Shown: positions 1 to 15,115 of the stretch, piece after piece | Position numbering within the stretch: the first letter of the stretch is position 1 | Layout of the letters: each line of letters starts with the position of its first letter | DNA from: Azolla caroliniana | Taxonomy: Eukaryota; Plantae; Polypodiophyta | Reading direction: 5' to 3' | Assembly: GCA_043228905.1 (NCBI GenBank) | Contig: JBHGNT010000013.1 | Span: 13,888,001-13,952,000, forward strand | DNA length: 64,000 bases | The notes under the pieces: model-generated | The model's input: only the letters and a program-made list of their open reading frames with translations | Databases searched by the model: none | What the model was told of the DNA's origin: nothing | Program-made: the position numbers and the translations under genes

Positions 1-785
1 TTCACTTCCAGTCAGGAAGGTAACGAGCAATATCACTTCTATTCATTTTTCTAGTTCAAAAAGCAAATCTAAATGGAAGGTGGGAATAAGAAAAGGAAAA
101 TTGTCAACATTAAGTAGAAGCCTGTTCTTGCTATCACCACCTTTACATATTAGTGTGGATTTGGTAGTATGCTTTCTAAACAGGTTTCCCAAAGCACCGG
201 CCGTTTAATGACCTTTCTTTGGGAGACATGTTGCAAGTTTGATGGTGAAGACTCAAGAATGCCAAATGCCTATGATCGATTTGTAGAAAACAACTTAATG
301 TTATACCTGGAGAAAATTTCTTTCTTGGATTTACAAGAATGCAAAACTACTATGATCGATCTTTAGAAAGAAACTTAATGTTATACCCAGGAGAAAGATT
401 CCTTTCTTGGATTTAATCCCCTAATGCAACAAGGAATAATTGCATATTTGTATTCCATCTAATCAGTAATTTAAAGCAATGTCATATGGGTTCAACTTTC
501 TGTTTGTCACTTTTCTGGTATGTCCCAAGTTAAATGCAGTTAAATAAGACCAATTCTAGACATATAACTGAGGGATGAATCAAAATGTTGGAAAGAATGA
601 TGTATTTTTGGTGCAAGTATTTTAGATGCGTTATAATTGTAGTGAAATGTGTTATAATTGTAGTGAAATGTGTCGCATGAGCTTATGCAGTAAGTATATT
701 TCTGACCTTGAGACAATTAAGCAAGTTTCTTTAGCAATATATGAATAAAAATATCCAAATTCCTTCTCATTTCTGCAATTTTTAG

Positions 786-3700
786 ATCATACTGGCAACT
801 AATGTGGCGGAGTCATCAGTTACCATACCTGGCATTTCTTATGTGATTGATTCTTGTCGCTCCCTGGAAATATTCTGGGACAATGAGAGACGAAAACAAA
901 TTCCAAGGCTAGTTTGGATTTCCAAGTCTCAGGTATTGGTATTATGACACTACATATCCATCTTGTATACTTAATGCCTTATTGCTATATAGTATGTCAC
1001 TACCATTCATCCTGTATACTTATGGTTGTCAGGCTGATCAGCGCAAAGGAAGGACGGGGCGTACCTGTGATGGTCAAGTATTCCGTTTGGTTCCAAAGGA
1101 TGTTTTTTATTCTTTTTATGAGTTTGAAAGCCCTGCCATTCAGCTTTTGTCATTAAGGGAACAGGTTTTATCCATAACCTGTGCAGAATCGAAGGCCATT
1201 AATGACCCTACAGGTAAATATCATGTGGCAGAAAACAGTTCATCTTTTATGCCAGTTGTTTAATTCCTTTGCAAGCGATAAGTATAAGAGAAATCTGCAT
1301 CAGCGTTTCTTAGTGTCCAAAATGGCCGCTAAGAGCAAACGAATGCTATGTTATGAAAACATACTAATGTTTTTTCTGACGTTTTTTACCTTAAAATTTT
1401 TTTTACCCTATAGTAAATAATGATTACAAAAGTATGGTATTTACCATACTTCCAAGGGTTAAATGATCGAAACATACTCGAATGTGAATGCACGTATGGT
1501 ACGTACGGTTCATACTATGGTCTCGTCTATGAGAAGAGGGAATAAGGATATTCTTACACTCCTTAAATTCTACCTAAAATTTGTGTACATGTTTATAATT
1601 AGAGTAATTTATGCCCGAATTTCAGTGAAACGGAAATGGAAAATATGCATAATAGGCTGGTCGAGGGTGGAGATTTCTTAAGATTGAGGAAATTAACTAT
1701 TATCTCAAGAGATGATGTCCTTGATTTGGCGACAGAAAGGGTGCCAGGTCGTGTTTTCATGCCTGGCATAATACCTTTGCGTTGCTTGATCTCTAGTAAC
1801 AACAGCCCCAGACATATTTGATCTTCATATTTTGTAGTGGTCCAAAGCCTCCTTCAAAGAGTCAGTGATATCTTCCCCTTGTCACAAACATGGCTCTTGT
1901 GATTCCATCTCCTGGGAAAGAAGTAGCAGATCCAATCATTTCCTAGAAAAAAGGGTTTATTTTTCTTTACAAAAGAGTTCTGATTCCTGGGAAAGCTGTA
2001 TAGACTTCTCAATTAAAATGCATGTGTGACAATTGAGCCCACCTCTCCATGTTCTCTCTCAGCATGACTGTGTTTCACACGATTGTTTCCTCAGGAAAGT
2101 CATTGAAATAGTGACAGAAATTGCTGTTTTGTGGCGAAAGTCTCAGCACAGCAAGCAGCGTTTAATTTTTTTCAATCCTCATGTATGAAGCTGTGATGGC
2201 GCCTATGATTTCTTTTATTATGCTGTTTTCATTAGTTAGACTAATTTTACTAGCTTAGAATATGGAATACATTTGTTGCAAGTCATATGGAGTTCTGATT
2301 TTCGTATTTATGTTTTCATTTTCTGATGTTTTTGCAGCCTTCTTTTCCAAAGTTATGAATCCACCTGAAGATCTTACTATTGTAAATGCCTTAGATACTT
2401 TAAAAGGTGCTCTAGCTCTGGAGGAATCTCCCCAAAGAGGAAAATATTATCCAACGATTTATGGAAGGCTACTTGCAAGCCTTCCGTTGTCACTAGAATC
2501 TTCTATTTTGGTAGTTAGAGGTGGGCAGTTAGGTTTTTTGAAAGAGACTGCAGTTCTTGGTGCTATGATAGATTTGAATCCTCTGCCTATTGTCAATCCT
2601 TTTGGTCATGAACTGCAGGTAAGTTTATCTTTTCTCTGTTTGCACTGTTGATTAAATTTGATCATGTACTTACAGACCTGAATTCTTGCAGTATCGGGCT
2701 TATTTGGAGAAATATTACCAGAGAGAATCGTCGTATGGAGAAACTGAAATCTTCTCTCGTGTATCTGTATTACTTGCAAATTTGCATGCGTATGAATTTT
2801 GGCAGTGCACATGGAAGGTGTTATTCTTGCTCTCATTTGGAACAATTTATTCATGTTGATCACACATATTATGTTGGCATGGGTTAACTAAGAAGTCAGT
2901 CAACTTCCTAGATATGATTAGCCACACTTTTACGAGAACAAATGATAAGCCAGTTGGCTAATGAAGGCCGGATGCTGGATAAAATGAAAACTTAATTAAT
3001 TTCTTGGGGCAGCTTATGCGAATCTGAGCAGATGGACAGAGGCCTTTCAGGAAATGGTCAATGAAAAGGGCAATTCTAGCTTGGGGCATGAAGCAGAAGG
3101 AATTTCTTGTGGATAGGATTGAAACAAGAAGAGGGTAATTGTGTGGGTGATGGTGGGAGTGATAGGAAAATCAGCATGTCTAAGAATCTATTATGAGTTA
3201 TGAGGTAAATGGTTAGCTAAGCAATGATTATGTTTTCTTTATGTGTTTATAAAGTGCATAAGTTATTGTAATGTTTGAGAAATGTCATTTTGCCACATAA
3301 GTAATGTTCTTGCGGCAATGCGTTTCTGGTGTTTCACAAGCAAACATCCTTGAGAGGAGTGATTCTAGCTGGATTCCTTGCTATTCATCATGGGTTTTGC
3401 TTATGCCAGCCTGGACCATGATATGAATGGGCATATCGTCGTAAGATCAAACCCAACATCACACAACATTGGAGATGCCCTTTGTCCCACTTACCTTTCC
3501 ATATTGGATCTCTCCATGAGGGTTATTGGTTACTCATGATTAGAAAGACATTTTCTTTCGCTACATGCATTGACCAGACAACATAACGAGTATAATCCTC
3601 ATTAGAACTCATGGGCTATTATGATTCTCTAGAGATGTTAACATATCTTGTTTAATCTGATGTGATGATATATACATGCAGTGAGTTGGTCTATTTTTAA

Positions 3701-5411
3701 AAGGACTACTAGTGTGCCTTTTTATACAGGATAAGAAACGTTTGGAGAGGCTTATTCAATATGCATCAGGCTCAGAAACTGTAAGCAAGGAAGAGCTGCA
3801 TCTTCAAGAAGCAAGTGAGCGGCTATGGTGTGCTCAACATCATTTGTCACTTACTGGATTGCAATCAATAGAAGAAACAAGTAAGGAATGAAAACTGCAG
3901 CTGTATGTTCATATATGTTTACTTCCAATGCTGATACATTCAATGCATTTTTCATCATTCTTACTATCTGTTTTTCTCTCTCCCAGGTTTATCTGTAATA
4001 GATAAAATGCACATATATAGACCAAAGTTTCTATGTAATCCACAAAGTCCTCCATCATACTATAGTGCCTATGACTTTCAGCATTTATGTGACTTTTACC
4101 CTGAGGATAGCCTCCTGAGAAACTTCATTTTACTTGAGCATGAGGCCGTTCAAGATTTTAAAATATGTGATGGATGTGAATTTGTAACTGCTGGACAGTT
4201 TCATTGCTTCAAAGATATAGAAATGCTAAGAAAGCTGATTGGACAGGTAAATCGTTGATCAAATCTGGCATTATAATTTTCCTGAAGTTATTGCAAGCTA
4301 CAACAGCTTTCATTATTTAATCTATAATGTATTTTTCAGTTGCAGGACATTCTGGAGGAAACAGACTCTGTTCAGGATGAGTCACTGAGTGAACCTACCT
4401 TGCGTTGCAGATTTTTTACAAGAGGAGTTTGCAACAAGGGTTCTCTGTGCCAATTTTCGCATGACTTGACAGCTAACCGGTCTATATGCAAGTATTTCAT
4501 GTCAGAAACGGTAAAGAGCACTTTACCTAATTCACTCTGTTTAAAGATGAATGTCTGTACAAGAAACGGTTTTAGATTTACAGTTTGTGATGAATGTCTA
4601 GGGTTGTCGATATGGAGAAATGTGTGAATTCCGCCATATCGGTAGTACTCAACTCCCCTCGATTCAATGTTTTCCTATTGAATTTGAAGAGTTTCCAGAA
4701 AAAGACAGCTTCTTCAAATTGTTACCTCCATGTCAGCAGGAAAGTATTTTGATATATGGAGAAAAAGATTTCTATTTTACACGGAGGTTGTCAGAGCATT
4801 ATAAACCCCAAAAAATAGTTGCTTTGTCAATGGATAGAAAAGAATCCATTGATGAAGGACGAACTGATATATGGGACCGTGTGAATCAGCTTGTAGATAG
4901 TGGTGTGAAGATTATATGGGACATGGAAAAGTGGCCCTTATCAACAGGGAATTCTGCTGTTGTCCCTTGGAATGAGATAGCTTATGTTGTGTGGACAGTT
5001 AGAAGAGAGAAGGAAGAAATATTCTCAAAGAAGCTCGTGGATTTCTTTACTTCTCTTAGTGTCACGTTGCTCTCACAAGGTCTTGCAGACATAACATTAC
5101 TTTTGACAATGTATACTGATCAATATTCAAAATGGCAGGTTTGTCTTCTCCATTTTTCCATTGCAATTGTTTTTCTTGTACTTCTTTTTCAAATGTTCTT
5201 CCCCTTTTAGGTTGAAAGAGTGGCAAGGGACTGTTTTTTCTTCTTAACCAAGTCCGTACCATTTGATATACCTACATTTGGGGTGTATAAGCATGCTGGC
5301 GTGTTTGCATTTGGAGAGTCGAAGCCCGTAACTTACATGTTTGAGCTTCTTCCACCTTCTGCATTGCTTCATGGAGACTGTTTTTGGCATCTACAACAAG
5401 CTCTTAAGTGA
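786..5411 (+). CDS. DExH8: DExH-box ATP-dependent RNA helicase with two CCCH zinc fingers (DExH8/C3H31-like); 3' part only, 5' exons lie upstream of the window
   Basis: Nine GT-AG exons splice in frame: 786-932, 1033-1213, 2338-2618, 2692-2817, 3730-3880, 3987-4246, 4340-4510, 4602-5138, 5211-5411. Motif V IILATNVAESSVTIP, motif VI QRKGRTGR, HA2-like PTIYGRLLASLPLS, CCCH fingers CRFFTRGVCNKGSLCQFSH and CKYFMSETGCRYGEMCEFRH, C-terminal VERVARDCFFFL. Architecture matches my recollection of Arabidopsis At2g47680. Confidence 0.92.
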
Positions 5412-7206
5412 CAGAAGTAACAACATACATTGATCTACAAACAGAAGAATCAATGGACACTTTTCTGAAGGTTTCAATCCCTTTAGAATCTGTTTTTGGC
5501 ATCAACAACGAACTATCAATTAATGGATTAATAATCTACCTTAAACAAGAGGAATGTTTCAACGTTTCACTTACCTGAGCATATGAATTCAGTTGGAATC
5601 AACTAGACCTTGTGATATGTGTTCAAAGACAAACGACAACTTCAGTGTTTTGTGAGCTATCTCCAAATGTGCAAAATGCTTATATTGCAGTTGGTTAACA
5701 AAGATTTCTGTACTCACCTGGACAGCAACACGACTAGCAACGTTAGACCCAATGAAAAGGTGGATATCTGCATGGAAATTAAGTTACAACTTTTCATCAT
5801 AGAAACAGGAACTCTAATGTCAGTTTGCTATGTTATCAGCTTTTCTTCATAGAAACAGCAACTCTAATGCCAGTTCGTTATATGGTCTAAAGCTCCAGAC
5901 ACCTATTGGCTTGTGATCGTTCCTATTATATATATAATAGTTGTATTCAAGCATGGAAAGATATTTGCAATTATGAAATCGTACAGTCTCATTTATTAGC
6001 TACAATATAACTCAGCATCATGCTTGTTCTCCTAATTTTGAAGGAACTTTTCCACTCTTTGTTACTTGGATTTCCCACTGACCAAATATAATCCTTGTCG
6101 GGAACCTAGTGTCTTACATGGTGTTGCTGGAATCTGGATTGAAAATCTCTAGAACTGAGAATGGTCTATAAACATAACTTCATGTTTTTTTGTTTTTGTT
6201 CCAAATATATGAATCTTGGTGGTGGTATATTTCATCCATTACAATGTTCCACATATTTGAATCTTGGTGATATGGTATATTTCATCCATAACAATTATCA
6301 CACTAAATTGTGAAATGGCTTATAGTTTAAACATTTTGAGCCTTTATTGGCTTAATGGTTTTCGATTTAAATGGTTAAAAAAGTAAATTTTGAAATATTA
6401 AAAATTTTACAATTTTAAAAAATAAAATGTGTACTTCAAATTATGACCTAACCTGAAAACCAACAAAACCATGAAATTGCAGTTTTAATGGTTTAAAGGT
6501 TTGAAAGTCTCTAAAATTGTTTGGTTTGAGCTTGAATTTTTTGTATTGGTTCGGTTTAGTTCGATTTAAGTTTCAATTTTTTTAAAGGTTTCAGTTTTAA
6601 ACAATTTGAGTTTGACACTCTTGAACTGAACACAACTGTTGCTGATTGTTAGATGTGCGTTCATTTCTCCAATCCATTTTCCATTTAAATGCATAATTTA
6701 AGCATTTGAAGGTCGCATCTACTTATACAAGTTATTCTTTAAATTATTCAATCTTTTGTTTTTGTGCTCGGAGATAAGTCGTGGTTTTGTTTTTGTTTTT
6801 TCTCAATGAAGATAATTATATAAAAAAACTTTGATTAAATTAAAGTTATGATCAAGATATATCCAACCTACCACCAATGTCCCATACCAATGGATATTAG
6901 GATGACTAGTACGTTGGAAAAGGTAACACAATCATTGAGATGAAAGCATAACCCCCATCAATTATGTCTTAAGACTTTAGTCTTTCGATGTCATGTGTTT
7001 TATGAGGGGAGCTAAACCTCATAATTATACTTCTTATTAAGCCCCTTTAATGGATGTCTTTTTTGAAAGACTCATTCCATTGGTTGTAAATATCATGATA
7101 GTGCACACACACATCATTCTCTTTCTAGCATTAGTGAACATACCCTTAACTTACATTTCGTAAATATTAATGGCTTACCTTTACCTACTTTATGTGTACA
7201 TAACGT

Positions 7207-10200
7207 TGTCGCGTTGTTACGCACGTGCGTATAGAACGAGGCAGGACCACGGGGGACTTGGACCGAGGAATAACCGAACAGGAGTAGGAGCAAGAAAGAC
7301 AACGGCTGTGCTTCCACACACACGCACGCAGATACACAGAAACCGCAATTGAATGAAACAATGGAAACGAGACAAATGCGTATATGTATGTATATATTTT
7401 GATGAAAAAGGGTTACAACCGGCAGGCCGGTGAGCAACAAAACTCCAACGCCTACGCACACGCACACAGAAGAGCAAGATGGAGGCTCTGCCGGAAGCAC
7501 TTGGGCGTTCTGCGGAGCAGAGTTAGCCTCCTGAAAACCTGCACAGAGCAAATACAGAGCAAGACGGAGGAGAAGAGCTTGGTCCTAGTCCGACAACACT
7601 TCGTCCTCGACAAAAGCGATCCCCTCCACAATACCTCTCCCTCTCTTTTATAGCCCAAGGAGGGAGGATGTTACAACCCGTTACATCATCTTTATTCTCT
7701 GTCCTTTCGGACAGAGATACGCCTCGATTTCCTACCTATCAAATCCGTGCGACCTAGGATATTCACATCAGCTGACTTGTACCTAAATATGTACACTACA
7801 ACAAAACTCGTGCCCACGTGTAAGGGCCGGTTCGCGCACATCATTCTCCGATTCCGCCTAGGGACGGTTTTCTCCACGACATCCGCCCCCACCTAACCGC
7901 GCATCCACCGGTATGTGCCAAAATAGACTCTTGCCGGAGAAAATCGGCCCGCGCTTACCCTTCGTCCTCTGGATTGCCATTCGCTCCGAACCGATCGTCC
8001 TCGCTATCCAAGTCTTCCGGGTCCGGTTCATCCTCGTGCCGCTTTTTGAACACTTTGATCCTTTTCCCGACCACCGGTACCGCCATCCTCGTCCCGTCGA
8101 GCTCCGTGAGATGGTAGGTCCCGTTGTCGTTGGCGCCTGCCACCACATAAGGCCCGAATCACCTCCTTGCGAACTTCCGCATTGCCTTGTGCTGGTTGTC
8201 GAGGATGTTGTCATATACTAGAACCCAGTCACCTTCCTCGATTTTCTTCGGCCGTAGTCGGTGGGTCCTGTCGAATCATTCTTTGTTCTTCACCCTTGCC
8301 GCCTGTAGCTTTTCCGCGACTCGTTCCACATCCTCCGATCTTTGCTCGAGCTGCTGGATCCGCGCCACTAACAGCTCCTCCCGGCTCATCTTGTCTTTCC
8401 AGTCCACCGTAGCCCATGAGGAGATCGTTCGCTCCATTGGCATGATCGGCTTCTGCCTGTACATCAACTCCGCCGGCATGAACCCGGTTACCGAACTGTG
8501 CGTAGTTCGGTCGGCCCACAACGCATAAGGTAATAGTCGCGGCCAATTTCTGACTTGGCCTCCACATGCCTGCACTAACACTTTGATGATCGGCCCGTGT
8601 CCGCGTTCCACCTTCCCGTTCGCCTCCGGATTGTACGCCGTGGTGAGCGAGAGTTTAACCCCTAGCCGGTCAAACAACTCTTCAGCCTCTTGTGTGTCCA
8701 GTTCTTTGCGGTCGGCTATGATCTTCCCTACGCACCCGTACCGGCATACCACCTCTTTGATAAGAAATCGGCACACGGTCGTGGTCGTTTTGTTCGTCAG
8801 TGCTTGGCCTTCCACCTGGTTTGTCAGGTCCTCTCGTGCCAGCACTAGGTATCGCATTTGCCCTACCCCCATCGGCATCATCACTAGATCTACCATCCAT
8901 TTGAAGTGGATAGTCGGAGGGTAGGTCAAGTGAAGCTTGTCCCGATGTTGGACTATGGAGTGCATCTGACAACTTTCGCAAGTTGTCACGAACTGATGCA
9001 CGTCCCGGTATAGTCCCGACCACCAGTACTTCCCCTTCAACTTCTCGAATGTGGCCCACGTCCCGCAGTGTCCAGCCCAGGGACTTTCGTGGTACGCTGC
9101 CAACAATTCCTCTTGTTTCTCTTTCTTTGCCACCACCTGGAGTGGAACGCTGTTTCTCTTCTTCGGGTGTTTCCAGATTCCCCTATCCCATAGGAAGAAT
9201 CAGTGTTTTCTTTTGAATCCGGTTGGTCTCTTCCTTCGTCCACGCTGCGTCCGGTGTCATTGTCTTCAGGAACCCACCAATCTAGAGCAACTCCCCGTCG
9301 TACTTGCTCTCATCGAACTTGTTAAGCGCCAGAGTGCTCCCTTGCCTTGTCATGTTACGTAAGCCGTCTCGAAGAAGTCCACGCCGACTTCCTCGTCCTC
9401 TGAAACCATGTCGACTTCCTCGTCCTCGTCATTGAATCTCGCCCTCGAAAGCATGTCGGCCATGGCGTTGTCTTTTCCGGAAATGTGTCGAATTTCCGGA
9501 TTCAGGGACTTGATGTACACTATCCACCTGAGCATTGCCAGGTCCGGCATCGCGCATCCGGATACCATACCGAGGATCGGCAGGCAGTCCGTCTCAATTA
9601 TCACCTCCATCCTGATCAGGTAGTCTTTGTCGGCCTTGATCGCCGAAACGATACCCCAAAGTTCGCGTTTAACCTGGGCGTATCCTCGTTGTCGTTCACT
9701 GAGGACTTTCGTGCCAAACCGGATGGGGAGCCTCGTGCCATTTTCATCCTCCTGGCTAATCACCCATCCGATTCCGGTCGGACTCGTGTCTACGGTCACG
9801 TAAATTGGAATGTCTTTACTGTAGACCGCTTTCCGGAGTGCCGGTGCCGCAACGAGTGCTTCTTTCATTTTCCAGACTCTGAATGCTCCTCTCTCCACTC
9901 GAATTTACGCCATTTCTTCAGCAATCCATAGAGCGGCTCTGCGACGTGGGCGTAATGCGGGATCCAGATATGGTAGAACGCGCATGCTCCCAAGAATCTC
10001 TGGACTTCTATGACTGAATTGCAATCGCGCTTCATCGCGGAGATGGCCTCTACCTTGGCAGGCGACGGTTTTCGACCGAATGACCTGCATAGGTGTCCGA
10101 CGACCATGATCTCCGATTGCCCGAAAGCGGATTTTTCCCCGGAGAAGGTGAGCCTCGCCCCCTCTAGTCTTCGCAACACCTTCTCACAGTCATCGACGTG

Positions 10201-13200
10201 GTCCGCCACAAATTTCCGGCATCCGTCCTGTCTGATTGTCTCGTCCTTATCCTCCACCGGGCATCCTTTGATCGAGATGTCGTCTAAGAATGGCATGGTG
10301 ATGTCCAGGATACAATCCCTTAGCACTTTGTTCATTGCGTTCACCATGTGGGCTACCGAGTTCGTCCCTCCTTGCGGAAGGGTACACATCCGTACTAGGC
10401 CGAGAGGAGCCCGCATCGTCGTAATGTCCCTGCTCTCCACGACTAGCTGGAACTGGTCGTATCCCGAGTATAGATCACCGACCGAGTAAATTGACCTTCT
10501 GGCGAAGGCCTCCGCGAACTCGTTTATGGTTAGTCGGATTCCTGCGTTCCGAATGGTCACCTTGTTGACCGGTTGCAGGTCCTGAATGAAGCGCATCAGG
10601 CCGTTCTTCTTGGGCACAGTAAACCACCAATTAGAATACGGAGCACTAGACGGTTCGAGGATGCCCATATCCACCTTTTGTTTCAGCAACTCCATCAGCT
10701 TCGGGATGTGAGTTTGGGTACTGGAATCGGTTTGAGGTTCCACGGTACATGCGGTACCGTCAAGATCACCATTGGTTCTACCATCGTCGAGTCTATGCAC
10801 CCGATCTCCTCCGGCGAGAATGCGAAACCCAAGCATTCTCCGAAACCGGTCCTCTTCCGCCGGCAGTAGAAAGCCACCCCCCCACCGACCTTGAGCTCTC
10901 GTAGCGTTATGTCGGTGAACCGGTGTCCTATGCCGGCCGGATCTCGTAAACTCGGGTCCGACGTGACCCCTTTCATCTGTAACTCGCTGCCCTCCGGCAA
11001 GGGTGCCACAACTGGCCTCACCTTCCGGTCCACAGTCTTGTACTTCATATCCACTCGGGCCGTCCGATCCGACTCGAGTCCTCTACCGAAGTTGGCGATG
11101 ACTTCGTACATCTTTTCCGAACTTACTGGAATCGTCCGGTCTTCACTAAGGCCCTCTCTGAACACCTCCTATAGCTTCCCCAAGGTGTCGTCGAAAAAGA
11201 CCGCCTCCACGGCTCCGTTGATTTCCTCTCCGGGGCCGAGGACTCCGCATGCCCTGAGTCGCTCTTCTGCCCACTTCTTCTCCCGGCCAACGACGCCGGC
11301 TATTGTACAACCTCCGTTGTCGGAGAACCAAAACTTCCTACCTATGTTACTGATTCTTCTGCCTACCGTACATGTGTGGGGTTTTTCTAGAGTGTCCGGA
11401 CTATCGCGTCCCCACGCCTTGATAGCCCTCTCTAAAAATCCCCTCGGCTTTCGGTGCCGAGGGTCTCTCGGTTCCGTTCATGGTTCGGTCGTACCGTCAG
11501 AAACTGGACGGAGTGATGCCCGTCTTGGCTCTTGACTCGTGCGTACGCCGAACCGTTGTCCAACACCTTCGTCTCCATTCGTGCCGCTGTGATGTACGGT
11601 TCCCCGAGTATCACTGGATGTAAGGATGTCTCCTGCACAAAGAAGTGTTGATCGATCTTGATATCACCGATTTTCACTCGTACATTCGGGCAGGCTCCGT
11701 GTAGCTCTTCCATGGTGCGCGTCATCGCTCGTATTTTCCACCCGTGCTTGGTGTTGATAGGCCATTAGCCCTTCTTGTAAAAGTCCATGGGCATCAAGTT
11801 GATTTCCGAACCGTGGTCTACCAACGCCACCACCGGCTCCTGGACATCTCTGATCTTAACGGGGGTCTCCGTAGTGGTTGTAGCCCAATGTAGCCTCGAA
11901 TAGTGGCTTTCCGCCAACTTGTCTTCCAGGGCCATGTCTTCTAGGTGTGTCGTTCGCACCTCCACCGGCTTCTCCGGCTCCGGCTCCGGCTCTGTCGAAA
12001 GCCTTTTCCGCTTAACCAAGTCTACGATGGAGTCGTGGAATTCCTTCTTGGTGATCCCGAGCACCTCCCTCAGTGACAACTCCACTTTGCTATTGAGGAT
12101 CTGTTCCTCCAGGACCTTTTGTAGGTCCGTGGTTCTTTTGATCTCTGTGCTCAACCGGTAACCGGCCCTCTTGGCCTTGTCTGGTGCGCCGGATGCACCG
12201 ACATCATTCTGCTTTGGCCTGAACCGGGTCTCATACCGTTGTGAGGGTCCAGCCCCCCTGGTCTTTCCCGCGCGCTTGTCTTCCACCAGAACCTCGTAGT
12301 TCTGGCATGCGGCTTCCACGAAGCTCGTGTTCTCTTCGACCGGGTCACTCCACCCGGTTACCTCCTGAACCCATCTTTCCGCGCGGTCCGCTTCCTCTTT
12401 CCTCAATCATACGCCAGCGAGGCCATCTAGCATCAATGGCCAGAACCCGGAGTCCTTCGTCTTCCGGACTTCGTCGCTCCCGACCCAGATTCCTACCGAC
12501 GCCGAGTAGTGGATAGTCTTCGCGTGGCGAGCCGCCGCTTCTTCCATCAGCCACTTCATTCCCCCTCGTCCGACGTTCAGTTCCAGGGCCGTCTTGGTTT
12601 CGCTAGCGTGTACTCGCCCGTTCCACAGGTACATCATGTTAGACCTTATTGCTTCGGCGAATTCCCCGCAGTTCTTCCGGGTGTGGCCGACCGCATCGCA
12701 CCACAACCACCGATGCCCGGCCGGAGGCCTTCGGTCGTGGGCTTGTTTGCCGCCGTCCTTCCGTGCCTGTGCAATCTGGAGGTCCCTCACTATTTGAGTC
12801 AGCTCCTCTAGAGCCGCACCTCCGGACGAGCCCTTGACCACGCTGGTCGAAGTCGAGCCGGTCTCAAGCCAATCTTGGGTCTCCTCCCTTCATGCCAGTG
12901 GGGGTACCTTGAGCTTCCTTGCCGCAGCCCAGTCGGCCGTCGTCGGTCTCCAATAGGAGGCCCACTTGCTCCCGGTCCCTGAAGTCCACCGATTTAACGA
13001 ACAATAGGACACGACTTGTGTCCAGTACGGTCCGGTTCAGCGCCGAAAGACGCGCGAAGCGTTCTTCAAACTCCCGGAGGAGCACCGACACGTTTCTCCC
13101 CTTTTCGTGGGTCTCCACCCATTCCATGAAGGCCCACTTTGATAGCCGAAGCGCGTCATCAAGCCCGTATTTCTCAAGGAGCCAACCTTCAAACTCTTCG

Positions 13201-14195
13201 TAGGTCCGGCTCTTAGCCCGTACCTCGAGCACCTCCGCGTGGATGCCCAACATCGCCACCCGAGGGAATCCGGCCAATCGCTTGTCCTCTGGAATGTCGC
13301 TCATCACCATTTCGGCTCGGTAGGCCTCCAAATAGCTCATGGCCTCCTTTCCACCGAACCAGCCTATCGTGTCGACGATCACTTCAATGGCCCTATCGAG
13401 GGCGCCTGTGCCTTCGCGCGCACTCATTATCCGATCCACAACTCCAACCATGGCTTTTGCAAGCTCCGATCCCCTCATCTTTCTATTCCTCTGCCGCCTT
13501 TCACGTCGGGTTCACGAAATATGTCGTGTTGTTACGCGCGTGCGTATAGATTGAGGCAGGACCACGAGGGTCTTGGACCGAGGAATAACCGAACAGAAGT
13601 TGGAGCAAGAAAGACAACGGCCGTGCTTCCACACACATGCACACAGATACACAAAAACCGCAACTGAATGAAACAACGGAAACGAGACGAACGCGTATAT
13701 GTATGTATATATTCTGATGAAAAAGGGTTACAACCGGCAGGCCGGTGAGCAACAAAACTCCTACGCATACGCACACGCACACAGAAGAGCAAGATGGAGA
13801 CTCTGCCGGAAGCACTCGAGCGTTTCGCGGAGCAGAGTTAGCCTCCTGAAATCCTGCACAAAGCAAATACAGAGCAAGACGAAGGAGAAGAGCTTGGTCC
13901 TAGTCTGACAACACTTCGTCCTCGACAAAAGCGATCCCCTCCACAATACCTCTCCCTCTCTTTTATAGCCCAAGGAGGGAGGATGTTACAACCCGTTACA
14001 TCATCTTTATTCTCTGTCCTTTTAGACAAAGATACGCCTCGATTTCCTACCTGTCAAATCCGTGCGACCTAGAATATTCACATCAGCCGAACTGTACCTA
14101 AATATGTACACTACAACAGAACTTGTGCCCGCGTGTAAGGGCCGGTTCACCACATCATTCTCCGATTTCGCCTAGGGACGGTTTTCTCCACGACA
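7207..14195 (-). mobile_element. Element A: decayed full-length Ty3/gypsy LTR retrotransposon, related to B/D
   Basis: LTRs 7207-7881 (3') and 13522-14195 (5'), TG..CA, with several substitutions between them. Degenerate Trp PBS ~13500-13517; PPT 7882-7898; flanks ACGT (7203-7206) / ACGC (14196-14199). Fragmented gag-PR-RT-RH-IN is collinear with B. Confidence 0.95.
7955..13478 (-). pseudogene. Frameshifted and stop-interrupted gag-PR and pol of element A
   Basis: ORF fragments 12864-13478 (capsid), 12407-12841, 11765-12406 (ALVDHGSE protease), 11432-11725, 9865-10836 (RT, PFLDD), 9350-9898 (RNase H) and 8276-9136 (integrase) all align to B proteins. Confidence 0.93.
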
Positions 14196-14684
14196 ACGCT
14201 TGTAGTTTCCATGGTTTTGATGGATGACTAAGGATAAATAGAATGAGTTGGTCCCCCTAGGTTGATGACATATCTCCTCTTATGAACATCTCTTAGGAAT
14301 GTCAATGACAAGTGTGACTGTTTCTACTAGACTCACCAGAAATGACTAAATGCAACAACCATATCACACATACATTATAACGGAGGGGCTTTTGTCTTAG
14401 ACTACTAACCCCTTGGTCGTGGCATTCTATCCATACCCTCAGGTCAACAATAATGTGCATATGCTATAGGGACTGCAACTCATGTCTATTCGCTACCAAA
14501 TCAAAATGAGGCATAACGAGGGAATTGTGGCCACAAATTGTGTAGGCGTGTTTTTGAGGGCGTGTTCGATCTACACTATCCAAAAAGAGTGCGATTATAA
14601 AATGCACCTTTGGTAGCCCGACACTATAATTGTAGTATTCGAACCGACTTAGGGCAGCAATTCAACTCAAAGCAATAGCCCAAC

Positions 14685-15115
14685 TGTTGAGCGGCAAGCT
14701 CAACTGGAGTCGGATTGGCTGGATAAGCCTGAGCCCGTGAGCGAGACGGATCGGTAAGGCGGTGAACAACCGAGCCGGTTAGCCATATGCAATCGGTAAC
14801 TGGAAGCCTAGTATTAGTTTAGATTACTAGGTAGTTATAGTCTCGTAGTAAGTGTCAAATGCTCGTGTGAGCATTGAAGTACGCGGTACTTCTGTCAGTC
14901 CCACGAGGACTTGTATAAATAGTGCTACTGAGCACATTTGTATGTACAGAGTGAATATATTGTTTTGAATATAGCTTTTAAGTTCTGCTCTCTCTGTCTC
15001 TCCCGTGTACTCTGTGTATTCTCTGCTTTCTCTATTTCCTAATGCTTCCGCAAGTAATCGTTTACACGAACCGACTACGGGAAGTAGCCCTACAGACTCT
15101 ACGCAAAAGCCCAAC
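14685..15115 (+). mobile_element. Possible solo LTR (degraded 3' end)
   Basis: Starts TGTTGAGC and ends GCCCAAC (imperfect terminal inverted repeat). Internal TATAAATAG and a CT-rich R/U5-like tract. CCAAC occurs at both sides, but the canonical terminal CA is missing. Confidence 0.35.

Noticed and set aside
270-672. Small tandem duplications (270-415, 630-672)
   Set aside because: Ordinary intronic slippage duplications.
6340-6630. AT-rich tract with GGTTT/GGTTCGGTTT motifs suggestive of a MITE
   Set aside because: No defined termini or TSD.
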